A stretch of DNA of 64,000 bases from Tubulanus polymorphus (Eukaryota; Animalia; Nemertea), in assembly GCF_964204645.1 (NCBI RefSeq), contig NC_134031.1, forward strand, positions 1,240,001-1,304,000, in the 5' to 3' direction. This document shows positions 1 to 11,356 of this stretch, one piece after another. Below the pieces are notes generated by a model. It had not been told where the DNA came from. It saw nothing but the letters and a program-made list of their open reading frames with translations, and searched no databases. The translations under genes were made by a program, and so were the position numbers. The first letter of the stretch is position 1. The number at the start of each line of letters is the position of its first letter.

Positions 1-230
1 ATCCAGTATAACCACTCCATTTGTATCCCGCGCAATCCCACAGATATGCCCGTCATTGACATCACTCAGTACACTTTGTAGATAGGTGGGGGCAGTGAGG
101 CCTCGTCATCCTGGTTTTCGTGTTCCGTATGAGGGCGTGTAGAGGGCAGAATTTCCTGACCGACTCTTTGTCTGACATCCTCGACACGTGACCGGCGAAG
201 GAGAGCTGATGCTTTCGGACATTAGTTTTG
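1..230 (-). mobile_element. Degenerate 3' end of an RTE-like non-LTR retrotransposon ORF
   Basis: Minus strand reads VRKHQLSFAGHVSRMSDKESVRKF, then after a 1-nt frameshift ALYTPSYGTRKPG*RGLTAPTYLQ...IARDTNG. This resembles the RTE C-terminal motif (QLRFAGHxxR...G.RxxGRP...RDR); it contains a frameshift and a stop. Confidence 0.65.
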
Positions 231-1074
231 TTCCAGCAAACGTTGAAATTGGACAGAGAAATCGGCCCTGAAAAATAAAACGGGTTAGAACCTGCAAAAA
301 AGAACGGATTAATAAACACGAAACAGTACAGGACAGCACAGAGACAAACAGTAACACATAAAACATATAGACGTCGTTCCTCAGGAAGCAGGAACAGGAG
401 CAGGAGCGGGAGCGCAGCGAAAATCGCCAGGAGAATCCACGGTAGCATGTTCACAGTGTGAGTGTGCAGAGGTGAATGGCCTATGCTGGTTGGTGTACAC
501 CGTGGTCAGCCGGTGACGTATTCAATAGCGCGTATAAATGATATCAACAACTCTGAATAGCCGCAATTGTGTCTCCATTGTTGTTGAATGGATTTAAATT
601 GAGAGCTTATAGAAGGTTCCACTACCGGTTGAACACGCGCCAGTAGCCAGCTGAACAAAATCGTGGAACTTAAGGCCATAAAATAAATTTCTTTGATTGC
701 CCACACTGCTCTACGCACGGCCTCCGAATTTAGCCACCGCGCCTGCCTGGGTTTTTTTCTTTTATTTTGATATAAGGTCTACTGGATTTTACGGTACCTC
801 ATCAATTTCGTTTATGAAAGTCCATATTAAGAATTTCGTTTCTTGTTTATATATTGTTCGAAATATGGTCTGCGAAGTGAACAATCAATTCGCGTCGGTC
901 GGGGTCCCGTCGGTGTGGCGGGTCGGGTCCCGCTGGCCGGTCGGGGGTGCTCCATCAGTCCATTGGACTGTTGTTAAGCGGTTGACGAAAAGCGATTGAC
1001 GATTAGCGAATCGACGATGACGATGGCGGCACCGCGTGGAAATATTAATTAATCATCATTAAATTAAATTGAAA

Positions 1075-4000
1075 ATGGGTTTGTTGTTATTGGTGTATTG
1101 TTTAATGGTTACTGGTGGTATATTTATCGTGAATGTAGCGAGTAGTTCCGCTGAAACGGGTATGTATGTGTGCTGTATTAAACTCGAGCTAATTAATTAG
1201 GTCACTCAAGCGCGTCGAACTCGAAGAAGAGCTGTCCACCGCCACCACGAAACACGTGCCAGCCTCTCTGGACGTTCCGCCGCACCTCCACGTCGTTTAC
1301 GGTTCGTAACGTAATAAAAACAACTCATCATGATTTAGAGTGACAGTTTGATTATTTGTTGCAGGTTATGGATTTTATATAACATCTGGAGAAATTTCAA
1401 ATCAATCGCCAACGAATAAATTATTTTTAACTGGTTCCACAATTGTAAGTAAGCCTACCCCTTTAAATCCACCAAAACCAAACATGAAAAAACCTGCTAT
1501 GCCGAGTTTTGGAAAGAAAATGATTCAAATTTGAAATATTTCTTGAAAAGCTATTGTTAAATCTTAGATTTAAAGTCAAGACTGGATTTTTCATGCTCCC
1601 AGGATTTTATAAACCAGTTTCACAGTTGTGAGTTAAGATTTGACTCAAAGTTGAAAATGAACTGATTTTAACTCAAAGTTAGGCCTAACTCTTAACTCAG
1701 AACTGTGGAACTGGACACAAGTACGTTTCAAAAGCTTAAGTCTGAAATGTTGACTATGAAATTCTCATACGAAAACATAAAGCAACTAAACCAAAAATTT
1801 GAGATGACCTTGGGTGCAACAGGTTTTTAAGTATAAAAATGGACCCAGTTTCACAAGAAAGTTAAACTCAAATTTTTGGTGTAATTGCCATTGGTTACTT
1901 CATGGTTTCAATGAGGACAACAATTCAAACTCAACCGTTTTAGGCTTAAACTTGACCCTGGGCCTATAGTTCAGCAGTTTTTGCAAAAGTTTGGTCTTTC
2001 GTGTGAAGAAGTTCATATTCAATATATTCACCTTAGAGTCAAATCTTAATAAAATAACTGTGTAATCGGGTGTAGGGATGGGGGTTTCCTAGACTGGTAT
2101 TAGCTTCAACCCCCGGGCTATCTCAATTGAATATGAATTGACTTAACCTAATTCCCTCGGGTTAAAGTTAAATAGAAGTCTATAAAACCAGCCCCTGGGT
2201 TTTAATTGAGGTATTTGATTTCTTTTTCTAGACTTTCAAACTGCAACTGTATTCAGTGAACAGCTCGTTATTCGCGAGTCGTCTTCACTTGATTAAATCA
2301 TTCGAATCGCTCGGACACAAACCGAGCATCGCGATCAAAAACACGACTAACAGTAAAACATTCTTCTTCGAAAATGAAATCGTAAGTAAATTGTTCAGTA
2401 TTGGATGCCGCACTAACGATTGTAACAATATAGAATCAAACTATCCACCTGAATTGAAGAATTGATTAAATTTGAAATTATCATCTTTTGCCAAATGTAA
2501 TGAAATTATGATGAGGGGATTGAGACAAAGTCAAGATGAGACCATTTTCTCCCTTTTCATTTATAATTGATTGCTACGTTATGAATTCCCAATTGCGATG
2601 AAATTCTAGCCTAAAAATGAAGCCCAATTTAACTCATACAAATATTTTAAATCATTCAAAGGTTGGAGATGATTTAATAATTTGTAGAATATTGAAGAGG
2701 AAGCTTGGAGTTTAACACTGACTCGTCATAATATCACTGGTAATAGAAATGCTCATGGTGCGTGTGACCGGTATCAAGAGCGACAGAGAGATTTTAAAAC
2801 CTCGACGAAGGTTCAGATAATTTTATTATAGTTTGTTTTGTTTTGCAGTTAGTTTACCGGTTGAACAGTACAGCGTAACTATAGAACTCGGTTATGAATC
2901 TGGAATATTCACTACGTACGCGAGTCTACTCGATTTGGATCAAGGTAAATTATTGAAGAAATTCAACCAATTTAAGAATTCAACATTTTATCAAACTGTG
3001 ATCATATGACTGAGTGTTTGTTGAAATCAGTTTGCAGTCTATGAAGGATATACAAATTTGAAGATTGAGGATGTTGATAATCAAAATTATATCTTTCAAA
3101 TAAATCTCTGAAGATTGGTTGTAAAGCATTTTATCTGAAATGTCAGTTTAACTCATTTTTAGTAATCAATTTTCACTGTTGGGTCTTATAAAGACAGTTA
3201 GTATCTCTGATACATATTCAGAATTTTATTATTCTATTTACTTCAGAACCTCTGCTGCAATGGAAACTCGGAGATGTGATTTCTAGTTTACCAAATGTTA
3301 CAGTTTATAACATTCTCCTCGCCAGAAATCCATGTTCCGCTGATTTAGTCCTCATATTTCCCTCGCTCGATCAAGGCATGTCTTTCGTTTGAAGAAAAAT
3401 AACCAGAAAATGATTTGCTTCTCGTCTGAATCATTTATTCAATAATTATTGATTTATTTGTTAGATACAGCTGTAGTAGGGATCAGTTATACCGGTTTGG
3501 AGAGATCACCTGTCTGGTACATTATGACGAGTCTTCACAATGCGTGTGGTTAGTTATTAGCATAATAAATCAATTTCTCATGTATATATTTGCATTAAAA
3601 AGCCAATTAAAATGTATTAGATGGATAAGATAAACATAGAAATGGATTGAATAGAATAAGTGTATTTTACATATAAATGAAAGATTGCTCTCAACAGCTG
3701 GGTCCACTTAAGGAATAATGGTTAGTTTCACAAAAAAGTTAAACTAACTACTATTGGGTACTTAATTTTTTGAATGAGGACAACAATTCAAACTTAACTG
3801 TTTTAAGTTTGAACTTTTCCATGAAACGGCACACTGTTGAATTTATAGTTTATTTCACTGATATTTCAGGTTGTAATCAGATATCAATAATCGACGCGGT
3901 TATTACTAATCAATATCTGATCGTTTTAACCAATCACGGAGTATTCATCAGTTCTGATCTACTCGATACTGAACCATTCGAAAATAAACAGCTCAACTTC

Positions 4001-7000
4001 ACTCGTGCAAATCTAAATTCGAATCAGGTTTGTGAAAAACCATGAAAGCGGTCGGTCGATTCCATGTTTGATTTGTTTCAAGAAATTGAAAATGTTTTAT
4101 GATTTCAGTTTGATAAAATGATTTTGCGTTACACCAGTCAGTGTCTGAGTAAATCCGATAGTCAATTCACTAGTAAGTTATTCTATAATTTGAGCTAAGA
4201 TCAGTTGAGGATTAATTTCTAACCGTTTGAAATGTGTGTTTTGTTTTTAGGTGAATTTGTTACTTTGGGTCTGAATTCAGCAATTTCACAGGTAAGTGAT
4301 GATGTCAGTAATGTGATGACTTAATCCAGTTTGACTGTAACACTGCATTGTCTCAACAGTCATTAAATTGTTTAATGGATTATTTTCTAAAAGGATTTAG
4401 GTTCTTGGTATTACAGTCGGCCGCCGTATCAGTCGTGGAGCTCGTATCTATCAGTGAATAAGGATATAGTTTGTTTAACTATGAATCGACATACGAATAC
4501 AATGGTTTCAGGCTGGAAGGATATGGTTAGTTGAACTTTTTAAAAAATTCACAAATATCACATTTTATCAGAGTCTTTAAGATAGGGAAATCTGGAAATA
4601 CCAGACTTATTCAGTCGGAGAATTTGAATTTGAGGTATCTTGCTGTTTTTACTGGTGAGGCACAAGGAAACAGCCTCAACTGAGGATATCTTAAATCATG
4701 GAATTTTAGATCCCTTGATCTGTAAGAACTCTCTTTCCGGATCTACGATTCTGGTTGCATGCATGCTGAACAGATTTCTATTTCGTGTATTTCAGACGAC
4801 TGGTTTATATGGAACTAGTATTCATCAACTCAATGAAAGTCTAGCCGTATCAAATGAATTGTTAGTTCCTTCTTTTACGTTTCCGAGCACTTTTACACTG
4901 CACAGCTTGGCTTTTCATCCTATCACTAACGTTCTATACGCTTTTGGCAACCAGGTATTTCTTAATTCTATCGGTATAAGATATATCTCTATAGAGAAAT
5001 AGATGAATTGTAAGAACTAGAATCGAATTCAAACTCTGAATATCGTGTATATTTATAGATTTGGGTGTCGAACGATGGCGGTTCTTCATTCCTTCAAACT
5101 GTCGTTCTGAATAATGATAACGTCACTTCATTTATTTGGAATCTTTGCGATGGAGCAGTCGTCCTGGCGACTGAAAACGGTGCTGTCTATTACGGAAAAG
5201 CGGGTATTGTTTAAAAACTGAAATATCAATCCAGTTTCATTGTTGTCCGTTTTGTTTGAATCTTGAATTAGTTCATTCTCGATCTTCTCGGTGGCTTCAC
5301 GTTCGGATTTTGGTTTCCCATCTACAACCCTTCGATCTTTCCTAAATCTTCGATTTTTCCAAAATGGGACGGTCTTTGAAGTGTTGTCCGCTCACTGTTA
5401 GTGGCCAGCAGGACTCGAACTCACTTGTCACTCGTCACTGACAGTAAATGCAGCGGAGCATCACAACTTATCCTACTTGTGTGCGTTTTTAACTGTTTAA
5501 GTGTAATTGTAATGGAGAACTGTGAAACTGGATCCAGGCCATTGAAATCAGATTTGATGTATGTATTTTCACTGATGTTATGTTTATTATTAGGTGTGAA
5601 TCGTTTAGTTAAAGTAATCAGTTCACTATTGAATCCCTACTCCATCTATATCAATCACATCGGTGAAGTTTATACTGTGAAAATACTAAATACTCTCATC
5701 GTCAAAACTCTGGTTCCTCTTGCTAATAATATCAAGGTAAGTTTGACAAGAATTTACAGAAATGCAGACAAACTCGCTTCAGTAGTCATTGCATAAAACA
5801 TTACTGAAATCATCTATATTCACTAGTTTTAGATTTAGTCGTAATAAGTAGCGGTAATTATGATTTTGATCTGATATCTCGAGATTGTTTGACATATTTC
5901 AGTGAGTCTTTTTAGCTTCCATAATTTCGATATGAAAGTGATACAGACACTCCTAGAAATTGAAATTTGATACTTGAATTCTGGAATGACTGATCTTTAG
6001 GGACCCTGAGTGATATATCTAGATTGTTTGATATTTTTCAGTGATATATCTGTAGATGGTTTGATATTTTTCAGTCTGTTAATCACGCGTTTCCTCGAGA
6101 TCTCGTTGTGCAGTTTTTAACCTCGTCTCTCATTATTATACACGAATACTGCGGCTCTGCGAGAGACTCCACTCAATCATCCGTGTCACTATTCCACCTG
6201 TCTCACGTTGGACTCAAGATTCAACTTCAGTAAATTGATATATCTATTTCCATCAATCCCTAGGTTTCAGCTGAGGCTATGATGGTTTAACCTGTTTAAT
6301 TGTTTGTATTTCAGAAATGGTGGCACAGGAATGATTGAAAGACTGAAATTTCGTCACGATGATTCGGCATTTTTGAGTATGATGCACGTGTTTATTCAGG
6401 AACCATTTCAATTTGAAACCGAGGCAAATTGTTCAGCCATACAATTCAATATAGGTAATATAATTATTATAATCTTTCTGTGAAAACAGATGTTCAGAGC
6501 CAGGGTCCCGTTCCATGAAAAAGTTAGACTCAAACTTGGTTTTATCTCATGAAGCCAACCACTCAAACTTAACCGCTTTAAGCTTAACTTCTTCATGAAA
6601 CAGGGGGCCCTAGTTTCATAAGAATTAGCGATTGCTTATTTGTACTCCTGTAGTGATAAAATCAGTCAGTGGTTTGAATGTCACTCTCAAATTGGATGGA
6701 ATTGGTAAGTACCTCAAATCTACTCGTATCTGTGTTCAATAAGAAAATATGTTACAAATCCATGAAATTCAAACTGCGTCAATGTTGAACATGTTTAATT
6801 ATTCTGTTTCTCTCATGCAGTACCAGTAAATGGAGGCTGGAAAGTTGCAGATATCGGTAAAACAGTTCTGATACCCGGTGATATTTCTGTCCTGATAACC
6901 GAACGAATCAATGATACCGATGTGAACGGTTTAAGCGTAATTCCACTTCTCAGTGATACGTCTGCCTTGACTGGAAAATGGTTCGTTCTCGACATGAGCT

Positions 7001-10000
7001 CAACTAGTGTAAGATTACTTATAGATTCTCCACCATTTCAGTGTACAGTAGACTCCTCCTAACTTCAATCAATTAGAACCAGTGATTTTCGTTTGAGTCA
7101 GGCGATAATTCAAGTTAGAAAATGGAATTTAATTCACATTCTATCGCAATAGTCCCTAGAAATTTGTGTTCAAGTTCAGTGATAATTTGTGATGAAAGCC
7201 TTTGAGTTGAGAGGAGTCTAATGTATTGGTCCAGGGCCCAGTAGTTTCATGATACGTAGATGTGGGTTAAAAATCAACCCCAGAAGACTTAGATTAGTCA
7301 GTTATTAAATATCTCAATATTTCTATTGTAGTTATTATCAAGATTGAGGATTTATCTTGTAGGATTACTTTATAAAACCGGGCACGTGTCAACTATTTGT
7401 TCCTGGGGGTCACTTTGATTCTATAAAACCTGGTCTCGGAGATTATCATAAATGTTCCCTGTGTTTCCGCTGCAGACTGAACCGACCTGGTCGATGTACG
7501 AAGCCTCGTGTCATCATTCATTCATCCCGAACAACGATATCACTAAAAACCGGTTCGCGTTCCTGGATCTCGGTCAGAGCGTCAACCTATCGATGATCGT
7601 CACGCGTGAAAGTCAACAGCCGATATCCGAGGAGAGTTTGTCATATTTCTACGTAACGTTGAGTAATCCGTGGTTGTTTAGAGTTCGTTCTAAACTCTTA
7701 CCCAGCGTACACGGTTACAGTTTACACGCGATGAATTTAGAAGTTGATTCTTATAGACTGGTAAGTACTCTCAGGGGACACTCATGGCTTGGAGGAGAGG
7801 AGGGGGGGTCAAAATTTGTCACTTCTCTCTCTATGTACATGATGAGGAGGGGGGAGGGTTGAGAAGTCAATTCTTTCAGACTCGGGGGCCAGTTGCAGAG
7901 GAGTGACTTAAGTCCAAAAGTGGTCTTAAATCTTAAGACTGGACTTAAGTTGTTAGATTGGCTATAGAACTAAGTTGGTCTTAGATATACCTTTAGTCTA
8001 AGCCATGACTATGCAACCGGCCCCAGGTCCTCTTGTGGACACTCACTATTAAGAGAGTCAAAACATCAGAAATGCAGAAATGCACTGAGTCTTCTAGGTC
8101 TTGATTTTGAAGGCTATAGAATCATTAGCTACCTTTATACTCTGTTTTGAACTATGATTTGTGAAGTTCTAATTGTGCTGTGTATTTCAGGGTAAGTCAG
8201 CTATAAATTATCACTTGCCGTTAGCGTCTCTACTGTGCGCGTTCACTAGTTATACAGTCATAGTGGAAGCCTGCTGTCCTCGAGGCGTTCGACTCAAATA
8301 TAACTATCCCGTTCAAATCACTGACGAACAGTACTTAGCCGGAACAGCGTACAATAAGTACGGAAAAACAGTTTTAGTTCCTCTTGAGGTAAATTAATAA
8401 CAATCCGACTTCATGCTTCCATGGAAATGATTGCCTCGCATAATTGTGACGTGTGACGAGATATTTTAAAATATCTTACTCCAATTCATGTAATGACAGT
8501 CCTAGAATTCACTTGTTGTCTCGGAGGATATCTATTTGTCCCGTTGGAGCTAAAACAAGTGCACCGCGGTCTACTGCATTTACTCATTTAACTCGTGTTT
8601 TCAGTTCAATTATCGACCGCCATCTTTATATGGAATCAATATCCCAACTACGCGTAATATCTACAACGCCGACCCCAGTAAGCCTCGACCGAGAGACTTC
8701 CATCAGAAATCAAAGGTACAAACAACATCTTAATATTGAAATCATCTCTTGTTCTGTGTTATCTGTGTCTCATTCATTACATACATATATTCAGACTTCA
8801 GGAATATTCAAACAATGTTTAGGGAAACTGAATCGACAGGAGTGCGGTTGCCGAGACGATATGATATTATCACCGTATGAAATCTATTCGGATTGTCGTG
8901 AATTCGTAAGTTCTCGTTCCGGGCTCCGACGAGGGTGAGATTCGTTCAGCGTTTGATTAAACCGTGATTTTTTTCAGGTTTATCGATTGCGACATCCGGG
9001 AAAAATCGTCGTAAACATGACGCTTCATCGTCACGGTTACCCAACAATGTCTCTCGGGACGCCCTACGCAGTTATAGTTAAAGAACTGAACAATCGAGTT
9101 GATTATGAATTGACGTGTAAGTATTATTAGTGGGCCTATATACTGACGTCTATTTCAACTCGGTTTGAAAGGAAATTGGGAGCCATAACTCAGACTGTTT
9201 AACAGTTTTGATACAGTATGCCTGATAAAGTTAGGTTTGGTTTTAAAAGGACCAGCACAAATGGGCAGCTGAACTAAAAAATTGATTTTTAATCCATTTA
9301 ACGTTGTACTGAAGGATGTTTCCTTCTACTCAAAGTGAATCATAAAACAGACTCCATTTTTGAGATAAATCAAGTTTAACAATATGTTTCTGTGTCTACA
9401 AACCATGAATTTGTTAAGTGTAAAGTGGGCCTCGATACTAGACGCATGTCAAAACTATTACTGGCTTGAATTGAATGATTTTACTGTATTTCAGCTGTTT
9501 TAACTGATAGTCAAAATCTAATGACGAAAGATGCCAATATTCCTAACCACACTCTACTACACAATCCTTCAGCTTTGACTGTTACAATGATCGTAAGTTT
9601 GGTCTCCGGCGACACAAGTTTTTAAGATGTTTACAGAAAATTAGATTTTAAAAAAGGTTTCGTTATTTCTAGGGGTCCGGTTTATATCATTTCCGAGCGT
9701 CTGTCATACGCGGTTATTCATTCTGTAAATTAGAAGAGGAATTTCAGGTAAGACTCACTCGCTCAAACCCTGACTCCAACCCAAACCATGACTCCAATCC
9801 AAACCCTGACTCTAGTCCAAACCCTGACTCCAATCCAAACACTGACTCTAGTCCAAACCCTGAATCCAATCCAAACCCTGACTCTAGCCCAAACCCTGAC
9901 TCCAATCCAAACCCTGACTCCAAACCAAACCCTGACTCCAATCCAAACCCTGACTCCAATCCAAACCCTGACTCCAATCCAAACCCTGACTCTAGTCCAA

Positions 10001-10777
10001 ACCCTGACTCTAGTCCAAACCCTGACTCCAATCCAAACCCTGACTCCAATCCAAACCCTGACTCTAGTCCAAACCCTGACTCCAATCCAAACCCTGACTC
10101 TAGTCCAAACCCTGACTCCAATCCAAACCCTGACTCTAGTTCAAACTGAGCTAATTAATGTAGACTGTTTGGGAAGTGAGATGAGATAGGAAGTAAATAT
10201 AGACAGATAGGAAGTACTGATAGTGGAAAGACTGATAGAAACTAAATATAGGTGGTTAGGAAGTAAATATAGACAGATAGGTGGTGATATGGACAAATAA
10301 GAATGAAAATAGAAAAGCTAAGTAGTAATGTAGGTAGGAACCAGAGGAAGTAAGTCAATATAAAGAATAGATACATGTAGTTGTAAACAGGAAGTACCAG
10401 TACTGGTATTTAGTCAGGATAGTGTGTTAAGTACCAGTACTGGTATTTAGTAAGGAGAGTGTGTTAAGTACCAGTACTGGTATTTAGTAAGGAGAGTGTG
10501 TTAAGTACCAGTACTGGTATTTAGTAAGGATAGTGTATGTTAAGCGAGTTTTTATTTTTAATTGTAGTTTTTTGTGACTGATCCACCGATTGTTTATCCG
10601 CTACAATACATCATCAATTTCTCCGTAACGATTCTGATTGGTGCGCTCGTATGTGGAGTATATATGTATTATAAACCTCAGCACGCGCTGCTCGACGCGT
10701 GGGATGATCGACCACCGATAGATGAAACGCAACACCCTCTTTCTAAAGTCAACTCAAAACGATCGAAAAGAACTTGA
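1075..10777 (+). CDS. CATSPERB: Cation channel sperm-associated auxiliary subunit beta (multi-exon)
   Basis: Signal-peptide exon 1075-1159. Spliced peptides LLDLDQEPLLQWKLGDVI, ITNQYLIVLTNHGVFISSDL, FHPITNVLYAFGNQIWVSNDGG, NYRPPSLYGINIPTTRNIYNADPSKPRPR, SGIFKQC...ECGC...SDCRE and GSGLYHFR...FCKLEEEFQ, plus a C-terminal TM, follow vertebrate CATSPERB in order. Stop TGA 10775-10777. Confidence 0.93.
7885..8024. mobile_element. PIF/Harbinger-like MITE, family A
   Basis: TIR GGGGCCAGTTGCA.../...TGCAACCGGCCCC. Near-identical copies at 43539-43677 and 57521-57648; degenerate copies near 47164, 49283 and 59483. Confidence 0.75.
9764..10141. repeat. 18-bp minisatellite (CCAAACCCTGACTCCAAT / CCAAACCCTGACTCTAGT), about 21 copies, last CATSPERB intron
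   Basis: Directly visible tandem array; it explains the spurious LESGFG and TLTPIQ ORFs. Confidence 0.95.
10392..10536. repeat. 37-bp tandem repeat x4, each unit containing the palindrome TACCAGTACTGGTA
   Basis: Units start at 10392, 10429, 10466 and 10503. Confidence 0.93.
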
Positions 10778-11356
10778 AATTAGTAAATTCTCTGTTAATC
10801 GTGTGTTATTCGTGAGGTTCATTCCGCTTATTATGTTATATTTTTGTAATGATTGATTTCGATGTTGATTAAAATTAGTTTTTAATGTTTCCTAAAATTT
10901 ATTTTGACAAAGTTTTTCATGGAATTTGAAAATTATGATTACAGTCAATCTCGGTTAGATTCTGCCGGTTTATGAGAAATCCAAATCAAATATCATATTT
11001 CACATACATCAATGATAGAAATCTATACTTAACTGATCTGAATCAAGCCAGTTAGACTATAACCAGGGGTCCAAGGACATCGAGTCTACTTGGGAAGCTC
11101 AACAATCTGCTAACTTCAATATTAACTACCCCTGGCGAACATATACTACAACCAATGACCTTAGAACTCGGTACAATTGTAGAACATGTCATGAGCTACA
11201 AGTTTGTGTTACTCTGGCAAAACAATACTAAACAAAAGATTCTGTTGTTTCTATTAAAAGATTGAATTGGCATTTTATTTGTACATCTTAAAACAAGGTA
11301 GAAAATGTTTTTTAGTTTGATCATCTAGTTTACCGCAGTGTTTACAGAGCTGTATG

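Noticed and set aside
62-454. 130-aa membrane protein ORF
   Set aside because: Chimeric reading of a hydrophobic stretch, intron-like sequence and a decayed LINE fragment; a short upstream exon cannot be excluded.
9744-10189. ORFs (LESGFG)n and (TLTPIQ)n
   Set aside because: By-products of an 18-bp intronic minisatellite.
10392-10536. CRISPR-like 37-bp palindromic repeats
   Set aside because: The units are head-to-tail with no unique spacers, lie in a eukaryotic intron and have no cas genes nearby.
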